Below are positions 1 to 9,175 of a stretch of DNA of 64,000 nucleotides, one piece after another. Every line of letters starts with the position of its first letter. The first letter of the stretch is position 1. Below the pieces are notes generated by a model. It saw nothing but the letters and a program-made list of their open reading frames with translations, ran no database searches and was not told where the DNA came from. The translations under genes were made by a program, and so were the position numbers. Source of the stretch: a virus; the IMG/VR virus record IMGVR_UViG_3300045988_047162. One strand, 5' to 3'.

Positions 1-1
1 C

Positions 2-76
2 GACACCAACCGGTGGAAAGAATGCGCCCCCGGCATCCACTTCTTCATCACCCGCATCGAAGCCGTCAAATACTAG
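2..76 (+). CDS. 3' end of an upstream ORF (partial, ...KECAPGIHFFITRIEAVKY*)
   Basis: Frame open from the window edge to TAG at 74-76. The next gene's RBS follows directly. Confidence 0.35.
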   Translation, partial: DTNRWKECAPGIHFFITRIEAVKY

Positions 77-86
77 GAGAATCCAA

Positions 87-899
87 ATGAACACTGAAAT
101 CCAGCGATTCGACTTCAAGGGCGCAGCACTGCGCACCTTGATCGACGAGGCGGGGGAGCCCTGGTTCGTCGCCAAGGACGTATGCGACGTGCTTGAGCTC
201 AGCAACGTAAGCCAAACACTGGCACGCCGCATCGATGACGACGAGAAAAGTTCCATCACTTTAAATGATGGAACCCCAGGAAACCCGAACAGGGCAATCG
301 TCTCCGAATCCGGCCTCTACGCTCTCGTCCTCGCATCCCGCAAGCCGGAGGCCCACGAGTTCAAACGCTGGGTGACTCACGAGGTGCTGCCGCAGATTCG
401 CAGGACTGGCGGCTACATCCCAACCACGGACGTGGATGATGACATGACCATCCTCGCGAAGGCCGTGATGATCGGCCAACGCACCATGGAGGCGCAGAAG
501 CGACGCATCGCCGAACAGTCCGAGCACATCAAGGAGCTGGAGCCGAAGGCTCAAGCGCTTGATGATTTCACGAACGTGGAAGACAGGCTGCTTATTCGCG
601 ACGCGGCAAAGGTTCTGTCGAACGCCGGAACCCCCATCAAGGGAAAACAGTTGCGCGAGTGGATGGCCGACCACAACTGGATTTTCAAATCCGGTGGCTC
701 TTGGCATCCGACAGCAGCGCATTGCGCTGCGGGTCATCTCGTGATGGTCATGTCTAAAAAGCATGGAGTCAAGGATGATGGCACGGAGTTCGCCTTCCCT
801 CCCACCGTGCGCATAACCCGCAAGGGTTTGGCGCTGCTGCACAAGCGTCTTGGCGAGATCGCCCTGGACAAGGCACTTGACGCGGAGGTGGCGGCATGA
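87..899 (+). CDS. Phage antirepressor (Bro-N domain N-terminus, ANT/KilAC-like C-terminus)
   Basis: N-terminus FDFKGAALRTLIDEAGEPWFVAKDVCDVLEL...ESGLYALVLASRKPEAHEFKRWVTHEVLPQIRRTG is a typical Bro-N signature. AGGAG RBS upstream. Confidence 0.8.
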   Translation: MNTEIQRFDFKGAALRTLIDEAGEPWFVAKDVCDVLELSNVSQTLARRIDDDEKSSITLNDGTPGNPNRAIVSESGLYALVLASRKPEAHEFKRWVTHEVLPQIRRTGGYIPTTDVDDDMTILAKAVMIGQRTMEAQKRRIAEQSEHIKELEPKAQALDDFTNVEDRLLIRDAAKVLSNAGTPIKGKQLREWMADHNWIFKSGGSWHPTAAHCAAGHLVMVMSKKHGVKDDGTEFAFPPTVRITRKGLALLHKRLGEIALDKALDAEVAA

Positions 900-1099
900 C
901 GTTGTTGAATCCTCCCGCGCCACCACAGGAGTTCGTTCTTGACACTGGCGGACACTGCGTGTTCCGCATCAACGAGCGGAAAGGCGCATCCATCGTCGAA
1001 AAGGACGGAAAAAAGACGAGCACATTGTATGCGATTCCAGAATCGAAACTGGCTGCGTTCATCCAATGGGCTTCCGACGTTCACGGTCAATCACGATAG
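896..1099 (+). CDS. Hypothetical protein (67 aa)
   Basis: ATGA start/stop overlap with the antirepressor gene; coding-like G/C-rich third codon positions. Confidence 0.5.
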   Translation: MTLLNPPAPPQEFVLDTGGHCVFRINERKGASIVEKDGKKTSTLYAIPESKLAAFIQWASDVHGQSR

Positions 1100-1108
1100 G
1101 AGACAGTA

Positions 1109-1639
1109 ATGGAAGACGATTACAAGACCCGCATGGTCGAAGAGTTCCACGAACTCAAAGACAGAATCAACAAGATCAACGACATCATCGAAAAATACAA
1201 TAACGGCCAACGGGGACACATAACCGTAAGAGAAGCCTCCCTGATGATGGCTCAATCCTATATCATGCAGGATTACGCGCTGGTCCTCTTCGACCGTCTC
1301 ACAGTAGCGGGCATCAACCCCGAATCCGACGACGTGGAACCGGAGGAGAAGCCACTGCCACCTGAACCGCAATCGCATGGCCTCTTCATCCCACGCGACG
1401 GCGAACCATACCTGGTTCTCCATGACATGGACGGCACATGGTCATACGTGGTAAACACGCCTTCCATCATGTGCAGAATCAACGGTTGGAGTGAATTGGC
1501 CTCCACTATCAACATGCTCAGTGGATACCTTAACTGGGAGCAGCTGGTCAAAAACCTCCAAGATTCAGCCTTCCCACTCATCCCACTGGAAGCCTCAAGT
1601 ATGCCGACAATCGCCAAGGCGCTCGCCGACAGCAAATGA
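1109..1639 (+). CDS. Hypothetical protein with a C-terminal 'G-W...FPLIP' module
   Basis: GGAGA RBS upstream. The C-terminal segment DGEPYLVLHDMDGTWSY...NWEQLVKNLQDSAFPLIPL recurs in other early proteins of this phage. Confidence 0.6.
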   Translation: MEDDYKTRMVEEFHELKDRINKINDIIEKYNNGQRGHITVREASLMMAQSYIMQDYALVLFDRLTVAGINPESDDVEPEEKPLPPEPQSHGLFIPRDGEPYLVLHDMDGTWSYVVNTPSIMCRINGWSELASTINMLSGYLNWEQLVKNLQDSAFPLIPLEASSMPTIAKALADSK

Positions 1640-1644
1640 TTCTT

Positions 1645-1671
1645 CCCCATCCGCCTGCAACCCGGATGGGG
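1645..1671 (+). terminator. 9-bp GC hairpin after the stop at 1639 (no clear T-run)
   Basis: ccccatccg-N9-cggatgggg. Confidence 0.4.
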
Positions 1672-2191
1672 ACCATAAGCTTCGCCAGCCACTCCGATAA
1701 ACAATCAAACAGTGGAAAATTGAACGTTTATCGAATATCCACGTTCACCGGCTGGCAAAGATGGAACATCCCATGATGTTCCATGCCGTGGCGAAACACA
1801 TCCAAACGAACCGTCACAAGCGTTTGCGTACACGCGCCGCCACGGCAATCGTCCAAGCCCACGCAGTGGGAACAGGAACCGTACCGCAAGACCATCGCCA
1901 ATCGAACCAGACACCACATCTTCTCCTGTACTCAAAGGTATCCGACGATGATCTCGAACGGTTCGCGGTCCGAATCCGCGCTTGGACGCCAGCGGCATGA
2001 CGTCAACGCCACCCATCGGGACGAAGTTTTTCACTTGGTTTTCTCCGTCCCGCATCGGGAACGATGGTCGGCCAGACTGGTTTTCCTTATTTTCCCAGTC
2101 GCCCCGCACACCCTTTTGCGAGCCAACCGTCCAGCGTCATGCCGCAACCCGCTTACACCAACCACCAATCCAAGGAAGGAGCACACACAAA

Positions 2192-2392
2192 TTGACGGCA
2201 CCCATCATCTTCGAAGACGGCATCCTCACCAAAGACGAGGCAATCGCCTTCACGAAGGTAGGAAAGAAAACATTCGACGATCTGTACGGATTTCTCGGAT
2301 ACCAATCCGGCCAAAACAAACTCTTCACAAAAAAGGAACTCCTACTCCGATTCTACGAAATCAAGGACCAAGCAAAGGAGATCAAACAATGA
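2192..2392 (+). CDS. Excisionase-family/MerR-like helix-turn-helix DNA-binding protein (66 aa, TTG start)
   Basis: AAGGAAGGAG RBS at 2172-2181, 10 nt before an in-frame TTG. ILTKDEAIAFTKVGKKTFDDL...LFTKKELLLRF fits the HTH_17-like pattern. The upstream part of ORF 1982..2392 looks non-coding. Confidence 0.55.
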   Translation: MTAPIIFEDGILTKDEAIAFTKVGKKTFDDLYGFLGYQSGQNKLFTKKELLLRFYEIKDQAKEIKQ

Positions 2393-2655
2393 CTGCCAGA
2401 CGACTAGTCACCCCGAAAGACGTGCGCGACAGACAATTCCGACCCTCATTCCCATTCATGGGATACGACGCCAACCAAGTTGACGACTTCCTAGACGACT
2501 GCGCGCTCACCATCCGCACCCTCTGGAACGAGAACCGGAAACTCGCCACGGAAAACAGACGACTCCGATACGAGAACCAAACCCTCAGAACCGACGTGAG
2601 CTTCTACAAGCTCGCAGTAGACACCATCGAACACCAACCCAAGGAACAACAATGA
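2389..2655 (+). CDS. DivIVA-domain protein (88 aa)
   Basis: LVTPKDVRDRQFRPSFPFMGYDANQVDDFLDDCALTIRTLWNENRKL matches the DivIVA N-terminal domain and is followed by a coiled coil. ATGA overlap with the upstream gene. Only the last 89 codons of ORF 1783..2655 look coding. Confidence 0.7.
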   Translation: MTARRLVTPKDVRDRQFRPSFPFMGYDANQVDDFLDDCALTIRTLWNENRKLATENRRLRYENQTLRTDVSFYKLAVDTIEHQPKEQQ

Positions 2656-3170
2656 CCAACACCCCCGAATACGACTTCAGCAGCCTCCGCCCGGACGAAC
2701 TCAACTCCACCATCGCCGGACTCACCGCACTGAACAAACGAAGCGCCGAAGCCCTCAAAGCCGCAAAGGAAGAATGGCGGCGCTCGCATGACGGCGGCGA
2801 TGAGGAGCGCGCCGTGTTCGCCGGACTGGATGCGGGTGAAATCAGTCTCAGCAAAGGCACCGAAGGCCATTACGTGGTCGTTGACGAGCGTGCGTATGGC
2901 GCAATGCTGCATGACAGCAAGTTCCTCATCCCCGGTGGGAAAGCTGCGGCGGAGGACGTGTGGATGCCACGCCCCGAAGCGAAGTCGGAGGCATATCTGA
3001 AGGACATGATCGCGGACCATGACGGCGAACTCCCGCCCGGCGTCGAGTTCAAGCCGGGACGCGCCCAGACCGTCACGCTTCGCACCACGAGAGGATTCGT
3101 GGACAAGGCGTTCACCAGCGAGATAGTCCCGAAGATGTTCCAGATGCTCACTTCAACCAAGGAAGAGTAG
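2652..3170 (+). CDS. Hypothetical protein immediately upstream of recT (possible recombination accessory)
   Basis: ATGA coupling on its 5' side; recT starts 3 nt after its stop. No motif recognised. A Gam/Gp157-like role is suggested by position only. Confidence 0.55.
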   Translation: MTNTPEYDFSSLRPDELNSTIAGLTALNKRSAEALKAAKEEWRRSHDGGDEERAVFAGLDAGEISLSKGTEGHYVVVDERAYGAMLHDSKFLIPGGKAAAEDVWMPRPEAKSEAYLKDMIADHDGELPPGVEFKPGRAQTVTLRTTRGFVDKAFTSEIVPKMFQMLTSTKEE

Positions 3171-3172
3171 CC

Positions 3173-4096
3173 ATGTGCAAAAGCCTTACCATCACCAACG
3201 AGCAGGACACTTGGAGCCGCGCCCAGCTCGCGGCACTATCCCAGCTTGGAGTGCAGAACGCGCAGCCAGCCGACTTGGCGGTGTTCCTGCACCAATGCCA
3301 GCGTACAGGACTTGACCCTTTCAGTCGTCAAATCTACCTGATCGAACGCCGTCAGAAGCAAGGCAACGAATATGTTTCCAAGCAGACAATCCAAGTCGGC
3401 ATTGACGGTTTCCGCCTCATCGCCCGTCGCGCGGCGGACAGGAACCATGAACTGTTCAGCGAACCGGAAACCCTCTGGTGCGGAGAAGATGGCGTCTGGC
3501 ATGACGTGTGGACCGCCCAGACCCCTCCGGTCGCGGCGAAAGTCACCGTCCGTCGAGGAGAAGGCGAGTTCACCGGCGTGGCCCTCTACAGGGAATACGT
3601 CGGAACCCGCTACGACAAGAATCTCCACAGGCAGGTCCCCACCAGCATGTGGACTTCGAAACCGGTGACCATGATCGCGAAATGCGCGGAAGCCCTCGCA
3701 TTACGCAAGGCGTTCCCGCAGGATTTGAGCGGCCTGTACACGACCGACGAGATGCAGCAGACCAACAACGAGACCGAAGGGGAAATGGTCGAAGCCGAAG
3801 TGGTTGACGAGCAGCCACGTCAGAAGCCACGGCAATACGCTCCGCAGGTCCGTCAAGGCCAGCCGGAGCAGGCAGCGGCTCAAGCCCCATCCAACGGTCC
3901 GGCCAGTCCCGACCAGTTGAAGACAGTCACCGACATCCTCCGCGCCTGCCAGATCAAACCGGAAGATGCTGACGCGTTCGTCCAAAAAATCCTCCACGAC
4001 CAGACGGTCACAAGCGTGAGCCTCACGGCGGTGCAGGCACAAACATTCATCAACGAATACCACAAGCACATGCAGCAGCAAGGAGCAGCACGATGA
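3173..4096 (+). CDS. recT: RecT-family single-strand annealing recombinase
   Basis: GLDPFSRQIYLIERR...IQVGIDGFRLIARRA...MIAKCAEALALRKAFPQDLSGLYTTDEM are RecT hallmarks. Confidence 0.9.
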   Translation: MCKSLTITNEQDTWSRAQLAALSQLGVQNAQPADLAVFLHQCQRTGLDPFSRQIYLIERRQKQGNEYVSKQTIQVGIDGFRLIARRAADRNHELFSEPETLWCGEDGVWHDVWTAQTPPVAAKVTVRRGEGEFTGVALYREYVGTRYDKNLHRQVPTSMWTSKPVTMIAKCAEALALRKAFPQDLSGLYTTDEMQQTNNETEGEMVEAEVVDEQPRQKPRQYAPQVRQGQPEQAAAQAPSNGPASPDQLKTVTDILRACQIKPEDADAFVQKILHDQTVTSVSLTAVQAQTFINEYHKHMQQQGAAR

Positions 4097-4968
4097 AATA
4101 CAACCCGAAGAAACTCACCTACGGCGACGCGCTTGGAATCGCGACCGCCAACATGACCGTCACCGTCGAAGACGAAAACGGACAGCACGTCACCGGCAAG
4201 CTAAAGCACCTCGGTCCGAATGACGCGCTCGCCGGTGACAACCTTGAGCTCCGTGTTCTCATAACATTGGCGCTCACCACCACCAGCAACGAGTATTTCG
4301 TCGTCCGTGACGACGATGGGGGAATCCTATGCCCGGCCATCAGATTCGATCATGACCTGAACGTCACCTGGAACACGATCATCTCCATCGAAGAGAATCC
4401 CGACGACGGCGTGGAGCTGGACCTTGCCGATTGGAAGGCGACGCTCGTCAAGGTCGAGACCCCCACCGCCGACGTGGACAAGCCAACCACCGACACCCAA
4501 GCGGAGGAGTGGGAGAAGCAGCTTCCCAAGGCCAACGGATTCTACAAGGCCGCGACCGGCAGCGTATGGCTCCACGCGGGCGACACTTGGACGCCCATCC
4601 TGGACCATCACGGCAACGTTCCGCCGCACGCCTTGCAGCAGACCACCGAGGCATTCGCCGTCAGCAGCGGCCATTCGAAACGATTCCCGTTCGAACGCCT
4701 CAGCGAGAAGCCACTGCCGACCCGTCCTGGCTTCTACCGCAACAAGGACAAGACGAGCGTGTACTACCTCGACAGTTACGGCGTGTGGAAGCTCATCGCC
4801 TACATGTGCCCCGATTTCGACTTGCAGCTGAAGGACCTGTGGGATTGTCCATCGGTACCAGTGTTGAGCGGCGAGGTCGTATCCGAGAAGAAAGTCCGAA
4901 ACGACATGCCGCTCCACTACTACAAGCTCGGTCTCAAACAGCCGAAGGAAGACAAGGAAAACTCTTGA
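4093..4968 (+). CDS. Hypothetical protein with two copies of the 'GFY...W' module
   Basis: ATGA coupling to recT. Internal repeats ANGFYKAATGSVWLHAGDTW and RPGFYRNKDKTSVYYLDSYGVW. Confidence 0.6.
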   Translation: MKYNPKKLTYGDALGIATANMTVTVEDENGQHVTGKLKHLGPNDALAGDNLELRVLITLALTTTSNEYFVVRDDDGGILCPAIRFDHDLNVTWNTIISIEENPDDGVELDLADWKATLVKVETPTADVDKPTTDTQAEEWEKQLPKANGFYKAATGSVWLHAGDTWTPILDHHGNVPPHALQQTTEAFAVSSGHSKRFPFERLSEKPLPTRPGFYRNKDKTSVYYLDSYGVWKLIAYMCPDFDLQLKDLWDCPSVPVLSGEVVSEKKVRNDMPLHYYKLGLKQPKEDKENS

Positions 4969-5225
4969 ACATCACCAGACGAGCCGGATGCACGTGCGCG
5001 TACTGCGTGCGTCACAATCCAGTCAAGACGGGACTCATCCCATACTGCCGTAAATGCGGCAAAAGCACTTGCGCCGCAGCGCGAAGCCACATGGTCATGT
5101 GCAACGTCGAAGCGGCCAACAGACACAAGACGGCCGACCGTCTCAAAAACATGAAAGCCAAAGACCAGCAGGGATGGGTCGGACTCGAAACCCATCCACG
5201 ACACGACAAGGAGAACAAGCAATGA
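4965..5225 (+). CDS. Small Cys-rich (zinc-ribbon-like) protein, TTG start
   Basis: In-frame TTG overlaps the upstream stop (cTTGA). Contains CTCAYC...CRKCGKSTC. Only the last 87 codons of ORF 4431..5225 look coding. Confidence 0.45.
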   Translation: MNITRRAGCTCAYCVRHNPVKTGLIPYCRKCGKSTCAAARSHMVMCNVEAANRHKTADRLKNMKAKDQQGWVGLETHPRHDKENKQ

Positions 5226-5719
5226 GCACTCCGACCATCATCCTCGTGGGACGAATCGTCAAAATCAAAAAGGACGGCAACCTGTTCAACGCCGGAACCA
5301 CGAAGAACGGCAAGAACTACATCCAGTTCCGCATCCTCTGCTCCAACAGGGTCAAGAACCCGGACGGCTCATGGGGTTACGGAGCATCCTGCTCACGCAC
5401 CTGCGAAGCATGGAACGATCTCGCCACGCACATCCAGAACAGCATCAAGGAAGGCGACGAGTACATCGTCATCGGCAACGAGTCCGATGATCGTTTCGAG
5501 GATTCGTCCGGCGTCACCCACTACACGCAGAAGGTGAACGTCCGCGAGGCTGGACCAAGCCTGAAGTGGGGTACCGCGCAACTCGTCAACGCCAACCAGC
5601 AGGCCGGACCACGACAGGCGTCCACGACACCCGCCATGGCACCGCAGGCAGGCTCCGACCTGTGGGGCAGTAGCGGATTCGACGGATTCGGACAGCCCGC
5701 AGGAGAACCGGCGTTCTGA
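5222..5719 (+). CDS. ssb: Single-stranded DNA-binding protein
   Basis: OB-fold-like N-terminus (IILVGRIVKIKKDG...), Gly/Gln-rich linker, C-terminal tip GEPAF. ATGA coupling. Confidence 0.8.
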   Translation: MSTPTIILVGRIVKIKKDGNLFNAGTTKNGKNYIQFRILCSNRVKNPDGSWGYGASCSRTCEAWNDLATHIQNSIKEGDEYIVIGNESDDRFEDSSGVTHYTQKVNVREAGPSLKWGTAQLVNANQQAGPRQASTTPAMAPQAGSDLWGSSGFDGFGQPAGEPAF

Positions 5720-6219
5720 TGTCACGCAATCGACAGTCGGCCAAAAAAGCCGGAACGGCAATGGAAACGGCGGTGGAACACTACCTGCAATGGGCGTTGG
5801 ACGACCAGCGCATCATCCGCCGCCGTCTCCACGGCAGCAACGACCTAGGCGACATCGCCAACATCTTCTTCCATGGTCAACCCGTATGCGTCGAAGTCAA
5901 GAACACCAAACTCCTCAACGCCACGAAACATTACAACGAGGCGGTCGAGGAAGCCGGAAACCTTGACAGCCCATACCCGTGGGTCGTGCAGAAGAAGTCA
6001 CGCGTCGGCCTATCCACGCTCGAACGAATCGGAAGGCAGCTCGCCTACACGGATTGGGACACATACAACACCATGTGCGCGTTGGCAGACAACGACAGGT
6101 ACTTCACCCCACGAATCAGGACTGAGTTCCTAGGCAGACGCAAACAACTCGTGTGCGTCACATTGAAAAGTCTCGCACTCATCCTCAACGACGGACTGCC
6201 ACTCGGACCGGAAGGATAA
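5719..6219 (+). CDS. PD-(D/E)xK-type nuclease, putative Holliday-junction resolvase
   Basis: D...D-x13-EVK arrangement (NDLGDIANIFFHGQPVCVEVKN). Sits in the recombination module. TGATG coupling to ssb. Confidence 0.55.
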   Translation: MSRNRQSAKKAGTAMETAVEHYLQWALDDQRIIRRRLHGSNDLGDIANIFFHGQPVCVEVKNTKLLNATKHYNEAVEEAGNLDSPYPWVVQKKSRVGLSTLERIGRQLAYTDWDTYNTMCALADNDRYFTPRIRTEFLGRRKQLVCVTLKSLALILNDGLPLGPEG

Positions 6220-6221
6220 TC

Positions 6222-6410
6222 ATGATCGCGATAGTCGCCATATGCGCCATCGTCGTCAGCGTCATCGGATTCGTCATCATGCTCGGCTCCGTTGACCTCA
6301 TCGACAGTAACAGGCCGTCAGGCGACTGGCTGTGGATATTGGGCATGATCCTAGTGGAGGGCGGTGCGATAACCATCCTCATCGACATCGGGATAGGACT
6401 CATGACATGA
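6222..6410 (+). CDS. Small membrane protein (62 aa, two predicted TM helices)
   Basis: MIAIVAICAIVVSVIGFVIML...WLWILGMILVEGGAITILIDIGIGL; GGA-rich RBS upstream. Confidence 0.5.
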   Translation: MIAIVAICAIVVSVIGFVIMLGSVDLIDSNRPSGDWLWILGMILVEGGAITILIDIGIGLMT

Positions 6411-7144
6411 CGGGAGAATCTGAAGTGAGGGACGGCTACACCCGACTCGACAACGGATTCTGGGCCGACGCGAGGATATGCAGGCTCCGCGACGAAATGC
6501 CAAGGGCCGCGCTCATCTACGTCATGGCATTGAGCTGGTGCAGCTGCAACCTCACGGATGGAGACATCGACACCGACCAGCTGACGTACACGCTTGGCGC
6601 ATCCGAACAGGAGATCGAAACCCTCATCGACATCGGCCTGTTCCAACAGACCATCACCGGCGTGCGCATCAACGAATACCAGTCGAACGGGAACCACACC
6701 AGAAAAGAACTCGCCGACCGGACGGCCCGCAACACGGCAAGCAAACGCCGAAGCCGCGCACGGCAGGCATCCGACGACAAGTATTCCGCCGATTTCGAAA
6801 CCTTCTGGAAAGCGTATCCACGACACGTTGACAAGCGTCCAGCCTGGAAAGCATGGAAGAACGCCATCCAAGACACGGGCGCGGACACCATCATCAACAG
6901 CGCCCGAGCCTATGCCAGACAGGTCGAGATCGAAGGAACCGAACCCAAATACGTCAAATACGCGGCCACATGGCTCAACGCGGCGGGGTGGGAAAACGAA
7001 TACGACATCCGACCATCCCTCACCCTCCGCACCAATCCGACCATGATGAGCCGCAACGAATCGAACCGCATGGCGAACCTCAACAGGGCATGGCAGTACA
7101 TGAGCGACGAGGAACGCCAACGGGCGATGGGAGGAACAGGATGA
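6407..7144 (+). CDS. Putative replication initiator / replisome organiser
   Basis: wHTH-like N-terminus. C-terminal FETFWKAYPRHVDKRPAWKAWKNAI...YVKYAATWLNAAGWENEY is a motif common in phage replication-organiser proteins. ATGA coupling. Confidence 0.5.
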   Translation: MTGESEVRDGYTRLDNGFWADARICRLRDEMPRAALIYVMALSWCSCNLTDGDIDTDQLTYTLGASEQEIETLIDIGLFQQTITGVRINEYQSNGNHTRKELADRTARNTASKRRSRARQASDDKYSADFETFWKAYPRHVDKRPAWKAWKNAIQDTGADTIINSARAYARQVEIEGTEPKYVKYAATWLNAAGWENEYDIRPSLTLRTNPTMMSRNESNRMANLNRAWQYMSDEERQRAMGGTG

Positions 7145-7602
7145 TAACCAAAGGAGAGGCCGCGATGCTGCTGACCACGATCAACGCGCATCACGGCAAC
7201 GCCCAATGGGACGACCTGCAATTGGACGAGTTCTACCGCGAACTCGACAAGCGCAACAACATCCAAGACATGCGGACGGCGGTCGTGAGATTCTATGCGA
7301 CCAAATCGGACAAGTGGATGCGTGCCGCCGACATCAACATCCTCTGCAAGAAAATCCGCGCAAGCCGGATTCCCGACGAGAACACCATCCAACAGCTCGC
7401 CGCCAAGCATCACGTCACGGCGGACGACTATTGGGAGTTCAAACGTCGCGTCGTCTTCGGCACCGCGCGGGAAGCCCAAGAGTTGGGCGAAGCCGTCAGC
7501 AAAGCCCTCGAACAGGCCGACCGTCCGCAAATCGCATCCAAACCCATCGCACGCCAGCCAACCGTGGACGACGATCTGGGAGACCTGTTCAAAACACCAT
7601 GA
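7141..7602 (+). CDS. Hypothetical protein (replication module)
   Basis: ATGA coupling at both ends; coding-like composition. Confidence 0.55.
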   Translation: MITKGEAAMLLTTINAHHGNAQWDDLQLDEFYRELDKRNNIQDMRTAVVRFYATKSDKWMRAADINILCKKIRASRIPDENTIQQLAAKHHVTADDYWEFKRRVVFGTAREAQELGEAVSKALEQADRPQIASKPIARQPTVDDDLGDLFKTP

Positions 7603-8351
7603 GCAAATGGAAGGAAACCAACAAGTACGGCATCCACGAAAGCAAAGCCGCCTACCGGCATTACACGCGGCGAAGGGACAAGGAAGCTGAAATCCTCAAG
7701 GAACTCGAACCCAATCCGCCAACGCATGTGGACCTGACCGGACTGGAAACCTATATCCAACGATTACGTGAATCCAAGGAGCCAACAATGGACGACAATT
7801 ATCTCATCTGGTTCGACGTCGAAACCAGCGGACTCGACCCAATGTCCGACAATCTACTGGAAGTCGAAGCCAGAATCACCGACATGAAGGGCCTTCAGGT
7901 GCCATTCGCCGACGACCACCTGATATTCCATAGGGTCATCCGTTTCGATGACAATACGCCAATCCGCGCGTTCAACAGCACGACCATCGACATGCATTCC
8001 AGAAACGGACTCATCAGCGAATGCATGAACGCGAAAGACACGCTCAAAAACGTGGACAAGCAGATGGCCGTCTGGCTCATCGACACGGGCCTCGACCCCG
8101 GTCTCATGCATCCGGCCGGAACCAACGTCCACTTCGATATCCGATGGCTCGACGTGAACATGCCCAACACGAGCGGCATCCTCCACAAGCTCAGCCACAG
8201 GCGGCTCGACCTTACCAGTTTCCGACTCTTGGAACTGGCTCAAGGCGGCGACCCATACGATTGCGGACACGAAACCACGCATCGCACAACCGACTGCCTA
8301 AACCGCGACATCTCCGAATACGAAACCATCAGCAACCAGCAAGGACAGTGA
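7599..8351 (+). CDS. DEDDh 3'-5' exonuclease, oligoribonuclease (Orn)-like, with a ~60-aa N-terminal extension
   Basis: LIWFDVETSGLDP (ExoI), MHPAGTNVHFDIRWL (ExoII) and HRTTDCLNRDISEY (ExoIII, H-x4-D) match the Orn/DnaQ-like fold. An alternative start at the internal MDDNYLIWFD is possible. Confidence 0.75.
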   Translation: MSKWKETNKYGIHESKAAYRHYTRRRDKEAEILKELEPNPPTHVDLTGLETYIQRLRESKEPTMDDNYLIWFDVETSGLDPMSDNLLEVEARITDMKGLQVPFADDHLIFHRVIRFDDNTPIRAFNSTTIDMHSRNGLISECMNAKDTLKNVDKQMAVWLIDTGLDPGLMHPAGTNVHFDIRWLDVNMPNTSGILHKLSHRRLDLTSFRLLELAQGGDPYDCGHETTHRTTDCLNRDISEYETISNQQGQ

Positions 8352-8352
8352 A

Positions 8353-8784
8353 ATGACCCTAGAAACCCTTGAAATCCAACCGCTCACCCCAAACGCCACA
8401 GTCACAAGGGCGCACGATTCGGACGCCGGACTCGACCTACACTGCATCGAAGACTTCCACATCGACGGACTAGGCCGCATCATGGTGGGAACCGGCATCG
8501 CCATCGACCTGCCCGAAGGCTACATGGCACGAGTCTGTCCACGTTCCGGCCTTGCCAGGAATTACGGCATCGACATCCTCGGCGGCATCATCGACGCCGG
8601 ATACCGTGGCGAGATCAAAGTCATCCTGCATAACACGTCAACTAGCCGCGTCAACTTCCGTTGCGGCGACCGTATCGCGCAACTCGTCATCACGCCGGTG
8701 GAAACCCCCAGAATCCGCAAGGTCGTCAACTTTACCGACACGACGGAACGTGGAGGAAACGGATTCGGCTCGACCGGACGATGA
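8353..8784 (+). CDS. dut: dUTP diphosphatase
   Basis: AGLDLH, RSGLARNYGI, GGIIDAGYRGEIKVILHN, GDRIAQLVI and RGGNGFGSTG are the five dUTPase motifs. Confidence 0.92.
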   Translation: MTLETLEIQPLTPNATVTRAHDSDAGLDLHCIEDFHIDGLGRIMVGTGIAIDLPEGYMARVCPRSGLARNYGIDILGGIIDAGYRGEIKVILHNTSTSRVNFRCGDRIAQLVITPVETPRIRKVVNFTDTTERGGNGFGSTGR

Positions 8785-8800
8785 ACGACGGGAACCAGTC

Positions 8801-9175
8801 ATGAAACGAAACATCTACAACATCCACGGACAACGATTGCGAGACACACAAGCGTCAATGCTTGTCCGCATCGTCGAAACGCATCGAATGCCATCATCCG
8901 CGGCCTATGCGAAACCGTGGGCCACGTTGGGTTCCCTCATCGACAGGCGTCTCATCATCCCCCTCGCGGACGGCACCTACAAGCCGACCAAGCAAGGCAT
9001 CGAGACCGCCGACGCGATCAGACGATTGGACAGGGGAGAGCCAATACGACGGACAAACATCGCGGAACGTGGCATCAACAGGAACTTCAACAAGTATTGG
9101 GACGACTACTACTCGCATCCACTCACATACGAATACCACCCCACATTGGAAACAATCTGCGAAAGGAGCCGATGA
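8801..9175 (+). CDS. Hypothetical protein (possible winged-helix)
   Basis: First ATG after dut with a coding-like frame. The upstream part of ORF 8552..9175 overlaps dut out of frame. Confidence 0.5.
   Translation: MKRNIYNIHGQRLRDTQASMLVRIVETHRMPSSAAYAKPWATLGSLIDRRLIIPLADGTYKPTKQGIETADAIRRLDRGEPIRRTNIAERGINRNFNKYWDDYYSHPLTYEYHPTLETICERSR

Noticed and set aside
1783-2655. 290-aa ORF that would extend the DivIVA-domain protein far upstream
   Set aside because: The upstream 200 codons are Arg/His/Pro/Thr-rich with poor third-codon-position G+C and overlap the better-supported HTH gene. Only the last 89 codons (from the ATG at 2389, ATGA-coupled) look coding.
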